A stretch of DNA of 32,000 bases. Source: an archaeon (GTDB taxonomy: Archaea > Asgardarchaeota > Thorarchaeia > Thorarchaeales > Thorarchaeaceae). Under the pieces are notes generated by a model. It saw only the letters and a list, made by a program, of their open reading frames with translations, was not told the DNA's origin and did no database searches. The stretch's first letter is position 1, and every line of letters begins with the position of its first letter. The DNA is taken from the NCBI GenBank assembly GCA_024275415.1, contig JAJRZD010000017.1:1-32000 (forward strand), in the 5' to 3' direction. The position numbers were made by a program, and so were the translations under genes. Positions 1-9,064 of this stretch are shown here, in pieces.

Positions 1-2
1 AC

Positions 3-1070
3 CGACTGATGCTGACCTATCAGCTCTCGCAAGAGCTTGGACTACTGGACAAGGTGCAATTGATTGAGCCCACCCTTGCGACACGTGATGATCTGGAGCT
101 ATTTCACTCGCCTGATTTTATTGATGCAGTCATCAAATGCGGGGATGAGTCCTGTGTGGATTACAGACATGGTCTCGGGACGCCTGATAACCCTGTATTC
201 CCGAACATATACGAGGCTGCGGTGCGCTACGTTGGTGCCACATTGGATGGGATGCAGGAAATCATCAAAGGGGCATCGAATGCCTTTGTCATTTCTGGTG
301 GTCTCCATCATGCCCAGCGGACAGAAGCATCAGGGTTCTGCATATTCAACGATGTGGTTCTTGCCATTATGCGCCTTCAGAGAAAACGACCCTGCAAGGT
401 CATGTATGTCGACATAGACGCCCATCATGGTGATGGCGTCCAGAACGCATTCTACCGCTCAAAGGATGTACTCACAGTTTCTATCCATCAAAATGGGCAT
501 AACTTCTTTCCGGGCACCGGCTTTGTGTATGAGGCTGGAGGCGGGGACGGTATTGGGTATTCAGTCAACATTCCAGTCACGGCAGGTGCATCCTCTGAGG
601 AGCTGATTACAGCTCTTGATGAGGTCATCGTGCCCCTCATGGAAACCTTCAACCCTGACCTGTTGGTCACACAGTTAGGGGTCGATGGGCACTTTCTCGA
701 TCCGCTTGCCCAGCTGGCATATTCCACACATGGATTCGAGGTCGCCGTAAAACGGTTCAGAGACCTTTCCTCTGACATATGTGATATCGGATGGCTTGCT
801 GTTGGGGGTGGAGGTTATCACCCTGTGAACGTGGCGAGGCTATGGACGCTGTTCCTTGCCATCATGCTTGATGAGAAAATACCTCAGCAGTATCCAGAGG
901 AATTCACGGATACGTGCGTAGAGCTTGGCTACACTCGGTTCCCAGAAGGTATGCGGGATGACGCTGAGGTAGTCCAGCAATATTATCCACGATCCGTTGT
1001 GAAACTCGACCTTGAACGCACGATACGTCGGGTCAAGGAAACCATCTTCCCCTATCACGGCCTATTCTGA
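3..1070 (+). CDS. Histone deacetylase family / AcuC-like Zn-dependent deacetylase, 5'-partial
   Basis: Motifs SGGLHHA, GFCIFND, DIDAHHGDG, QLGVDGH and GGGGY are all present. The frame is open upstream of the ATG at 9 (cga ctg atg = R-L-M-L-T-Y, matching the RLxLT stretch of AcuC), so the real start lies before the window. Confidence 0.93.
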   Translation, partial: RLMLTYQLSQELGLLDKVQLIEPTLATRDDLELFHSPDFIDAVIKCGDESCVDYRHGLGTPDNPVFPNIYEAAVRYVGATLDGMQEIIKGASNAFVISGGLHHAQRTEASGFCIFNDVVLAIMRLQRKRPCKVMYVDIDAHHGDGVQNAFYRSKDVLTVSIHQNGHNFFPGTGFVYEAGGGDGIGYSVNIPVTAGASSEELITALDEVIVPLMETFNPDLLVTQLGVDGHFLDPLAQLAYSTHGFEVAVKRFRDLSSDICDIGWLAVGGGGYHPVNVARLWTLFLAIMLDEKIPQQYPEEFTDTCVELGYTRFPEGMRDDAEVVQQYYPRSVVKLDLERTIRRVKETIFPYHGLF

Positions 1071-1691
1071 GTGCGTTGCAGTCTGAAGGTCGATCCACCG
1101 TCGCACGATACTTGCCAGTAAATCCGATGCAGCTGCAAGAATGATCGAGTCTGCATCCTCAGAGAGCAGGGATGAGGGGTCAACCCCCGACCGTGCGATT
1201 CGAAGCAAAGGTGTGAAGCAAAGAAGACCCAGCGCCTCGATGACGTCCGAGGAGTCTTTGCCAACAACACGATAGCTTGTTCCAAGCTCATCGACTGGCG
1301 AAACATTACTATCTGCATCGAGGAGGCTCATCAACATACGTGAGTCGCCAAGGATGACGACGTCCGGTTCGGTACAATCCTCGAAAACATAAGCCTCACC
1401 AGAATCGAAGACCAGCGAATGGGCCTGATCCATGTCCTCAGCACGGAAGCAGATTGTGAGATTGAGGAATGACTGCTCAGTCCGATCCATATAATCCTCG
1501 AACTCGGCATCTGACAACTTGTGCAGCTCTTTTGCTTTTTCAATGCTCAAGCTGAGAGCTGCTCGGCTACCATCCACGATAGGTCCGAGGTATTCCATGA
1601 TCATGAATTGATCCCGATTGATATCCCGTACGATATCCTTTAATGATCCGAGAAGAGTTCTCCTCACCTTATTTGCTGGCACTTCAATCAA
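1062..1691 (-). CDS. Hypothetical protein with possible SCP2-like (sterol carrier) domain
   Basis: 209-aa ORF. The central segment 'LVFDSGEAYVFEDCTEPDVVILGDSRMLMSLLDAD...ELG...VVGK' follows the SCP2 pattern (recognised by eye). Its stop overlaps the convergent HDAC stop region. Confidence 0.55.
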   Translation of the reverse strand: MIEVPANKVRRTLLGSLKDIVRDINRDQFMIMEYLGPIVDGSRAALSLSIEKAKELHKLSDAEFEDYMDRTEQSFLNLTICFRAEDMDQAHSLVFDSGEAYVFEDCTEPDVVILGDSRMLMSLLDADSNVSPVDELGTSYRVVGKDSSDVIEALGLLCFTPLLRIARSGVDPSSLLSEDADSIILAAASDLLASIVRRWIDLQTATHSE

Positions 1692-1773
1692 GTGAGCCTC
1701 CTATCAATCCCATATAGAGATGTTGTTATCTCCACAGCAAACAAAGAAAAGCATCCAGTGTGTCGTATGATAG

Positions 1774-2538
1774 GTGGATTCCTTGACGACAGACATTCAC
1801 ACCCAGTTGGGCAATGACAGAATGTCCGTTCACGAAGTGAATGACTCGAACGTCCATGAACAGGTGGATCTACTTGTTGCTAGGATGGACACCTTTGGCA
1901 TACAGAAGGCAATCCTCTGTCCCTCGGATCCTGTCGATGGCACTAAATTATACATGAAGGCCTCAGATATCTATCCAGACCGTCTCTTCTTTGCATGTAC
2001 ACTTTTCCCGCGTCCTATTGATGAGGCACGTTTCTTACTGAACGAGTATGTAGATTCAGGGTGTGTGGCGCTGGTCTTTGACGAGAAGCTCTATCATCCC
2101 CTAGACCCTGCCGTCGATGCATTGGTGAAAGAAGCCGTGAATCAAGATATCGCAGTCTATTTCCGAAGCAGGGAACTCAGAGGAGAAAATCTGGGCTTTG
2201 TTGATAGGTCATCGTTGATCCATCCGGAGGGAAGGTTCGTTATCCTGCACATGGGTGGACTGTTCTCTTTCCCGAATGCGATACCCCTGCTTAAGCGTCA
2301 GAACGTCTGGCTTGAAACATCTTACAACCTCATCAAGTTGGCCGAGTCGCCGATGCGAGTCTATCTGGATGCTCTTGCTCAAGATGCTAGGATAAGAAAA
2401 CTTGTCTTTGGTTCGGGGCATCATACCGAGTATGGTCATCTACAGGCATCACTAAACATGATCGATCTCAACTATGAACAACAGAGAACCATTACCAAGG
2501 AGAATGCCTACTTCATACTGGGAGTGGGCTTCAGCTAG
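1774..2538 (+). CDS. Amidohydrolase_2-type TIM-barrel protein with degenerate metal ligands
   Basis: TDIHTQLG, VILHMGG, NVWLETS and KLVFGSG correspond to the DxHxH, H-MG, NVxxDxS and FGSD motifs of the family. Confidence 0.75.
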   Translation: MDSLTTDIHTQLGNDRMSVHEVNDSNVHEQVDLLVARMDTFGIQKAILCPSDPVDGTKLYMKASDIYPDRLFFACTLFPRPIDEARFLLNEYVDSGCVALVFDEKLYHPLDPAVDALVKEAVNQDIAVYFRSRELRGENLGFVDRSSLIHPEGRFVILHMGGLFSFPNAIPLLKRQNVWLETSYNLIKLAESPMRVYLDALAQDARIRKLVFGSGHHTEYGHLQASLNMIDLNYEQQRTITKENAYFILGVGFS

Positions 2539-2869
2539 ACGCTCTTTCTATGACTTTACTGAGTGTTCGAGCAGAGGGGATGCCAACAATCTGCTGCTTT
2601 CCCACCATAATGGTTGGAAGGGCACATATTCGCATCCTTTCCAAGAGGTCTTGGTTCTTGTCAGACGGAATCTCTACGATTCTGAAGTCATTCCGTGAGA
2701 ACAATGGTTCTATGTCTTTTAGGAGGCTTTCTACATGAATCATAACGTATTTCGAGCAGCTGTCATTGGAGTTCGTGTAGACCTGTATCTCAATACTAGG
2801 ATCCGATTGTGTAAGAGAGAGTGCTTTTTCCTGTTGAGATAGAGGCGGCGAGTCGCACGTTCGTTTCAA
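2531..2869 (-). CDS. Thioredoxin/glutaredoxin-like fold protein lacking CxxC
   Basis: 'IEIQVYT...DSCSKY' and 'ICALPTIMVGKQQIVGIPS' resemble thioredoxin-fold beta1 and the cis-Pro loop. Confidence 0.6.
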   Translation of the reverse strand: MKRTCDSPPLSQQEKALSLTQSDPSIEIQVYTNSNDSCSKYVMIHVESLLKDIEPLFSRNDFRIVEIPSDKNQDLLERMRICALPTIMVGKQQIVGIPSARTLSKVIERASS

Positions 2870-2895
2870 GAGTCGTCCTCCTTGAACTACTGGTG

Positions 2896-3144
2896 TTACT
2901 CTGCATAGGTAGGAGGCTTCAGTCGGATAGCCTCGCTCACACTATCAATCGCACGTATTGGGATGGCTTCCCATGTTGTGCTGCTGCATTGTTCTCCATC
3001 CCGTTCCACGACGACCATGGGCCCTTTCGCCGAGTCAACCCACACCTTTTTCACGCGTCCGATTGGGAACCCCCTGAAATCCGTGACGAGCTTGTCCTTC
3101 AGGAGCCAGTTCATCCTTTCCTGTGTCATTTCGGTTCGAATCAA
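2896..3144 (-). CDS. PRC-barrel domain protein
   Basis: 'LLKDKLVTDFRGFPIGRVKKVWVD...AIPIRAIDSVSEAIRLK' is the typical PRC-barrel pattern. Confidence 0.75.
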   Translation of the reverse strand: MIRTEMTQERMNWLLKDKLVTDFRGFPIGRVKKVWVDSAKGPMVVVERDGEQCSSTTWEAIPIRAIDSVSEAIRLKPPTYAE

Positions 3145-3212
3145 TTTGCTCGGCTTTATTCAAGAGGTTGTGTACAACCCACATCAATCTCCATGTATCA
3201 CTTACTTCATAT

Positions 3213-3734
3213 TCAGAATAGCATGCTTGAGAGCACGAGAAACAGCCCCATCAGCGTTGGAAAGATGTACCATACAATATAATTACCCGTTGGCGCTGCG
3301 AAACGATTCAGCCGAGCCGGAACAAAACTGAAGTACCCTCTCGCGACAGGTTCCCAGACCCACAATCGTATTTTTCGTGAGCAGATAGGTTCGATGATTC
3401 CAAAGTCCATCAATGCACCCATCGTACCGGCGAACAGACTTGCAGAGATACCATCAAGCCTTAGCCAGATACCAATGATGAACAAGGACTGAATCACTAC
3501 TAGCCACATGAACGGAATCCACGTAGCTACTTTCCCAATGAAAAATCCGTTAATTTCAGTATAGCGATAGTAGCCCTGACTTGAAACGAAGTGCTCACCG
3601 AAAGTGCCTATTACCAGAATCGAAAGTACCTGTATCGCGACTATCCATTCATACCACTGCCAGAGGGTACTAGTTGTAAGAAATCCCAGAGTCATGAATA
3701 CCACTGTCAAGAAAAGCCCAGTTCGTAGTGACAT
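3213..3734 (-). CDS. CruF/DUF422-like (carotenoid biosynthesis family) membrane protein
   Basis: Multiple hydrophobic helices with 'GEHFVSSQGYYRY', 'WIPFMW', 'LMDFGIIEP', 'LWVW' and 'PTGNYIVW', which match the family pattern. Confidence 0.65.
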   Translation of the reverse strand: MSLRTGLFLTVVFMTLGFLTTSTLWQWYEWIVAIQVLSILVIGTFGEHFVSSQGYYRYTEINGFFIGKVATWIPFMWLVVIQSLFIIGIWLRLDGISASLFAGTMGALMDFGIIEPICSRKIRLWVWEPVARGYFSFVPARLNRFAAPTGNYIVWYIFPTLMGLFLVLSSMLF

Positions 3735-3740
3735 GATGTA

Positions 3741-4019
3741 CTACCCTCGTTTCTTAGCCTTTGAAATGGCTTTCTTGGCATTCTCCTCGACGAATCGGAA
3801 TACCCGACTATTGCCATGTTTTATTTCGATCAGTTTCACCGTTTCCAAGGTCTTCTGGATTTGGTCAATTATATCCAATACCTTGGAGATTGTTCGTCTG
3901 TCCGCTTTCACCTTCCGGGACAACTCAGCTATCGTCAAGGGTACTCCCGTGGCTAACTCCTGAAGAACATCTTGCAGTACCTTTTGGATTCCTAGACGAT
4001 TCCTAATAGGAAATGACAT
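3741..4019 (-). CDS. Small winged-helix DNA-binding protein
   Basis: 'PLTIAELSRKVKADRRTISKVLDII' is HTH-like, followed by a beta-wing and a basic tail. Confidence 0.7.
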   Translation of the reverse strand: MSFPIRNRLGIQKVLQDVLQELATGVPLTIAELSRKVKADRRTISKVLDIIDQIQKTLETVKLIEIKHGNSRVFRFVEENAKKAISKAKKRG

Positions 4020-4111
4020 GCTAATCAGGTATGATGACCTCTCAACTGTATATATGCATTATTATGTACACTTAATTATCCAATGATTACTATGTATATT
4101 AATTTGTTATC

Positions 4112-4726
4112 CTAGTTTTGCTGGTCGTGCTCCTCATAGCCCCATTCAATGATTGCTTCGTCACCTGTAGGTATCACAGAACCTTTCAGACAATAACCAA
4201 TGCCTCCCATGGCCAGACCGATAAAGTTCATGATGCCTCCAGTGACAACAAACACTCGTGAATCGCTGGCCTGAGACAATGCTATATCGATGTCCTTCGC
4301 ACCCACTATCGATTGGATATAGATGAGGTATATGCCAGGCTCAAGATCGACCCATACTCTCTTCTCGTATAACGCATTGGGTGCTGGCTTATCGGCAATT
4401 GTCATGGTTATGTTTAAGATGACATCTTCGTCCAGAATAGAGCTATTTGAGATCCTGATGGTGACGTAGACTGTGTTATTACCATCTTCCGGATTCGCCA
4501 TCACTGAAACACGTAACCTAGGATAGAATCCCTGTTTGTCCCAAATCTCGAAGTTTGCAGAATCGCCAGGTAGAGCGATGAATCCGGTGTGGTGATAGGG
4601 TGCCATGATCACAATGGCACCACCGAGAAGAAGGATGAATGCGCCCCCAAAATAGAGAAAGGCTTTCTTGCTTAGAAGCGGATTGCCCATATTACTATTC
4701 ACCGCCTTTTGATGTGCGTTGGGCAA
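4112..4726 (-). CDS. Membrane protein with two TM helices flanking an extracytoplasmic domain (start may be 4690)
   Basis: Hydrophobic segments near both termini; NxS/T sequons in between. Confidence 0.7.
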   Translation of the reverse strand: MPNAHQKAVNSNMGNPLLSKKAFLYFGGAFILLLGGAIVIMAPYHHTGFIALPGDSANFEIWDKQGFYPRLRVSVMANPEDGNNTVYVTIRISNSSILDEDVILNITMTIADKPAPNALYEKRVWVDLEPGIYLIYIQSIVGAKDIDIALSQASDSRVFVVTGGIMNFIGLAMGGIGYCLKGSVIPTGDEAIIEWGYEEHDQQN

Positions 4727-4767
4727 ATATAGATGTAACGAATAAAGCCGATATTAAAATGAGGATT

Positions 4768-5294
4768 TTATATAACATGCTTCGATATTTTATGTTGAGC
4801 TGTTGAGAACCATCCCACGACTGCGGTAGATGTCAAACAACGACTCGATGCGCTCACTGGTAACTCCTTACAACACTCTGCATATCTTCTTCGCGGAATG
4901 GTTTCCAACAGTGCAAGCATACTCTCTTGGATAGTGCTGATATTGTGTTTCGCTTCGTTATTGCTATCTGTTGCAAGGATGATCTCATCAGGAACGACAA
5001 AGAACTCCGCTCCTGAGATACGCATACTATTGAACTTGTTATTGAACTTGTCCAGACTTGTCACCTCCGCAAGGAGAAGCCTGGAGTGAGCCCTGGTATG
5101 CGGACAGGACTCGGTTAGCATAGGTCATGACTGCATAGGTGTGACGGTCCACAGATTGTCCGCAGGATCTGTACTGCATTATTGTCGTATTACGTGGTAT
5201 ATGCCCCTTTGCGCTCCCACCTCCTCAAGGTAGAAGGTGACACCCCAAGACGACTTACCATAATTCCGGTTCTGACTACAATACCTGATGACAA
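4768..5294 (-). pseudogene. Probable decayed IS607-family TnpA (MerR-type HTH plus serine recombinase) remnant
   Basis: The minus strand at 5249-5205 encodes LGVSPSTLRRWERKG, then stops at 5192-5190. A second frame gives 'TYANRVLSAYQ' (similar to YARVSSxxQ). The third frame (track ORF 4768-5121) gives 'EVTSLDKF...SGAEFFVV...ESMLALLETIPRRRYA', similar to the TnpA C-terminal half. Alignment by eye only. Confidence 0.55.
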
Positions 5295-5377
5295 GTTTTT
5301 ACTTTCGGCTAGCAACGGTAAGTTTTATAGGTCGAACCCATCGAGGTCGAGTCATATTGCAATAGGAGCAATCGATT

Positions 5378-5773
5378 ATGCCATTCTGGGTAATAGTATT
5401 CATGGTGCCTTTCGCGCTTGTTATTGTGCTCTTCTTTATCATGTGGACTGTGCAGGAGGGCTCACGATGGCAAAAGCACCGCTATCTTGGCGTCTTCGCC
5501 AGATACATCCAAGCCTCAGCAGGCCGAGCTTTCGCAACATTTGCGGTCTTGACTTTTATGACCATACCAACAACTCTCATGTTGCTTCTTGGTATTGGCT
5601 GGGATATTCTTGCAGAAGGTGGTTCGCTCTCAAGCACTGTGCCTGTGGTAAACACATTGTTACTCCTCATGCTACTGCTTTCCGGCATGATTCCTGTCCT
5701 ATGGAGCAGCTTCAGAACTTGGAGACAAGCCCTTAGAAGTGCTGCTGAGGTCAAAGTACGAACCCTCCAGTAA
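5378..5773 (+). CDS. Small hypothetical membrane protein (about 3 TM)
   Basis: 131 aa with three hydrophobic segments; AGGAG 9 nt upstream of the ATG. Confidence 0.7.
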   Translation: MPFWVIVFMVPFALVIVLFFIMWTVQEGSRWQKHRYLGVFARYIQASAGRAFATFAVLTFMTIPTTLMLLLGIGWDILAEGGSLSSTVPVVNTLLLLMLLLSGMIPVLWSSFRTWRQALRSAAEVKVRTLQ

Positions 5774-5868
5774 CAAAGGCAAATCCGATTAGAACCACTG
5801 GAAGAATGGATGCCTGTCATAGGCATCCCATCTTCCCAATTGTCACTTCTTTTAAGAGTTGACCGCAA

Positions 5869-6780
5869 ATGGAAAGCATGAACCTCGGTGATGGACTTCA
5901 TGTGGTTGTAGGCGGTGAATTCCCTTACTGCAATACGCTAGTTCTTCTCTCGAACGAGGTCACTGTCATAGACCCAGGATGCGCACTAGAGAATTTACGT
6001 CAGTTCCTCAAGTCGCACTCGATTGATATCCATGAGATTGACAATGTCGTCCTTTCGCACATCCATCCAGACCACATCACACTTGCTTCTCGCATTCAGC
6101 GACTAGCAAAGGCAAAGGTCATTGCCAACGAGATAACCGCTCCCTGCTTTGATGACAAAGAGGAGATGAAGAGGCTCTTAGGGTTTCATCCTGAACATAA
6201 GGTACGTCCTTTCTGGGAACAGCTTGTCAATGAGAAGATGTACGGCGCCTTGGATGATGCACATGTCGATATCGTCGTAGGGAATCACGAAACGCTCGAT
6301 CTTGGTGGTATGACTGTGAGGACGTTGTACACACCCGGCCACTTGCCTGATCACATGTGTATTGAGTTCCCAACCCTCGGTTATGTCTTCGGAGCTGACA
6401 TCGACTGTACCAGCTTTGGTCCGTTCTACGGCCATCCTAATTCGTCAATCCCTCTATTTAGGGAATCAATTCAGATGCTGAGGGAGAAGGAAGTCAAGGG
6501 ACTTATCAGTGGGCATCTCAAACAACCACTCGTGAAAGACTATCGTAGTGCGCTCCAGTCATATGATTTGCAATTCGACATTCGAGATGATTTCGTGTTG
6601 ATGGCGATTTCTGGGGGGGCTGGAACGATTGACGAGATTGCCATGACTCCCATCATCTATCGCTCCCTATCGAACCTTGTATTCCTTCAGTTCGAGAAAT
6701 GGATGATTGAGCATCATGTGAACTCGCTTGTCGTCCAGAAACGTGTTGCAATCGAGAATGACCGGTTTGTCAGCATATAG
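5869..6780 (+). CDS. Metallo-beta-lactamase fold hydrolase
   Basis: SHIHPDH (HxHxDH), TPGHLPDH, GAD and SGH ligand motifs. Confidence 0.9.
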   Translation: MESMNLGDGLHVVVGGEFPYCNTLVLLSNEVTVIDPGCALENLRQFLKSHSIDIHEIDNVVLSHIHPDHITLASRIQRLAKAKVIANEITAPCFDDKEEMKRLLGFHPEHKVRPFWEQLVNEKMYGALDDAHVDIVVGNHETLDLGGMTVRTLYTPGHLPDHMCIEFPTLGYVFGADIDCTSFGPFYGHPNSSIPLFRESIQMLREKEVKGLISGHLKQPLVKDYRSALQSYDLQFDIRDDFVLMAISGGAGTIDEIAMTPIIYRSLSNLVFLQFEKWMIEHHVNSLVVQKRVAIENDRFVSI

Positions 6781-6894
6781 TCTTTGCAGTGCTAGGTGAA
6801 GAGTCTAGCGAAATCTCATGCATCGCACTGTCCGTGATCTGTTGCTTCCACAGGTTTATTAGAATTAACGATAGCGAATAATTGGGCATTTATT

Positions 6895-8994
6895 TTGCAA
6901 GATAGAATTAAGAGAAGTCCTAATAGGCTGATACACGAAAGAAGTCCCTACTTGTTACAACATGCACATAATCCTGTGGATTGGTACCCTTGGGGCGAAG
7001 AGGCATTCGAGAAGGCAAAAGCGGAAGACAAGCCGATTTTCCTATCGATCGGGTATTCGACATGCCACTGGTGCCATGTCATGGCACATGAGTCGTTCGA
7101 GGATGATGAGGTTGCTCAGGTAATGAATGAGGCATTCATCAATATCAAAGTGGATAGAGAAGAGCGTCCCGATATTGACAAGACATACATGCAGGTTGCC
7201 CATATGATGACCGGTCGTGGTGGATGGCCTCTGACAATTATTATGACCCCTGAAAAGAAGCCATTCTATGCAGATACCTATATCCCCAAGACTAGCAGAT
7301 ATGGGAAGCCTGGCCTTTTGGAGATGATCCCACGGATATCCCACCTGTGGGAAAATGACCAATCCAATATCTCCCAAGTAACAGATAGGGTACTCGATGC
7401 GCTCAAGACATCCGTAAGTGTGGATGGCTCAGGCTTGGATATCTCTATTCTGGACGAGGCTTTCTCAGCTTTTGAGAAACGCTTTGATGACAAAAGAGGT
7501 GGGTTCGGCTCGGCGCCCAAGTTTCCCTCACCTCATAACTTGATGTTCCTTTTACGGCATTGGAAGCGAACCGGGGCTGAGAGGTCTCTTCACATGGTTA
7601 GAAGAACGTTGGACATGATGAGGAAAGGAGGAATCTATGATCAGGTCGGGTTTGGCTTTCACAGATACTCGACTGATGCTTACTGGATGCTTCCCCATTT
7701 TGAGAAGATGCTCTATGACCAAGCAATGCACATAATGGTTTACACAGAGGCATATCAGGTTTCGAAGGAACCCATGTACAGGGATATAGTCTATGAAATC
7801 ATAACCTACCTCAGAAGAGAACTCCTGAGCCCAGAAGGAGGCTTCTATTCGGCTGAGGATGCCGATAGCGAAGGCGAAGAAGGCAAGTTCTACGTATGGA
7901 CCCAAGATGAGCTACGAGAGATTCTCGACAAGAACGAAGCGGATGCTTTCATTGAAACGTTCAACATCCAAGAAGGTGGCAATTATCTGGAAGAAGCAAC
8001 GGGTCTTCGCAGTGGAAACAACATCCCATATCTTGAGAGGACGCTCTCTGACATCGCAGAGGCACTGAATATCAATGAAGACAGCCTGCGGAAAAGAATA
8101 GAGTCCGCAAGAGAGAAGCTTCTGAATGCAAGAGGAAAACGAGTACGCCCACATCTGGACGACAAGATCCTTACTGATTGGAATGCGCTTATGGTAGTTG
8201 CTCTCGCAAAGGCTGCACGGGTTTTTGATGACCGCGAGATCCTTGGTCTTGCCAGCGCTGCACTCGAGTTCATACGAACAACGATGCATGATGAAACCGG
8301 TATGTTGCTTCACAGCTACAGGAACCTGAAAGCTTCGGTTCCAGCCTTCCTCGACGATTATGCCTTCATGTCTTGGGCGTTGTTTGAGATGTACCAGGCC
8401 ACATTCGAAGTTCAGTATTTACAGCAAGCATTGCATTATTCTGAGGTCATGATCTCCGAGTTCTGGGATACGACGGAAGGTGGTTTCTACTTTTCGGGAA
8501 TCCATAGCGAGAAAATACTCACAAGACAGATTGATGCCTACGATGGGGCAATCCCTTCAGGGAACTCTGTCGCCATGTACAATCTCATCCGGATGGGACG
8601 GATGCTGGGAAGGGTTGACCTTGAAGAGCGGGCAATGAAGGTCACAGAGCGTTTCTCAACAATGATTCGAAGAGCACCCACAGGTTTTAGCATGATGCTC
8701 GTCGGCCTTGATTTTGCAATAGAACCAACAAGTGAGGTCATAATCGCAGGACTGCCTGACGAAACCTCTACTACGAAGATGCTCAGGTATCTGTCCACAG
8801 AGTTCTTTCCCAATACCACCGTCATGTTGCGAGGAACCGATGAGCAAAGAAGCGTCCTTTCACGACTCGCGCCCTACACACGGTTCCATGAGCCGATTCG
8901 CAACAGTGCGACAGCTTATGTCTGCATTGAGAAGAACTGCAAGTTACCGACCACAGAGATAAAGCAGATGATTGATATTTTGACCAGTCCATAG
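6895..8994 (+). CDS. Thioredoxin-domain-containing protein, YyaL/SSP411 (DUF255, SPATA20-like) family
   Basis: [66 protein letters not shown] and DDKILTDWN signature segments. Confidence 0.95.
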   Translation: MQDRIKRSPNRLIHERSPYLLQHAHNPVDWYPWGEEAFEKAKAEDKPIFLSIGYSTCHWCHVMAHESFEDDEVAQVMNEAFINIKVDREERPDIDKTYMQVAHMMTGRGGWPLTIIMTPEKKPFYADTYIPKTSRYGKPGLLEMIPRISHLWENDQSNISQVTDRVLDALKTSVSVDGSGLDISILDEAFSAFEKRFDDKRGGFGSAPKFPSPHNLMFLLRHWKRTGAERSLHMVRRTLDMMRKGGIYDQVGFGFHRYSTDAYWMLPHFEKMLYDQAMHIMVYTEAYQVSKEPMYRDIVYEIITYLRRELLSPEGGFYSAEDADSEGEEGKFYVWTQDELREILDKNEADAFIETFNIQEGGNYLEEATGLRSGNNIPYLERTLSDIAEALNINEDSLRKRIESAREKLLNARGKRVRPHLDDKILTDWNALMVVALAKAARVFDDREILGLASAALEFIRTTMHDETGMLLHSYRNLKASVPAFLDDYAFMSWALFEMYQATFEVQYLQQALHYSEVMISEFWDTTEGGFYFSGIHSEKILTRQIDAYDGAIPSGNSVAMYNLIRMGRMLGRVDLEERAMKVTERFSTMIRRAPTGFSMMLVGLDFAIEPTSEVIIAGLPDETSTTKMLRYLSTEFFPNTTVMLRGTDEQRSVLSRLAPYTRFHEPIRNSATAYVCIEKNCKLPTTEIKQMIDILTSP

Positions 8995-9064
8995 CGCTTT
9001 CCCATAGCCTTATTTTGTTGTCCGAAGGCGGTGCGTAACGTAGGATTCAACATACTCGGAGAAC

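Noticed and set aside
2531-2869. Selenocysteine in the thioredoxin-like protein
   Set aside because: There is no in-frame TGA at the missing Cys position.
5182-5736. 184-aa + strand track ORF
   Set aside because: It overlaps the better supported membrane gene at 5378-5773 and lies antisense to the IS607-like remnant; its composition is not protein-like.
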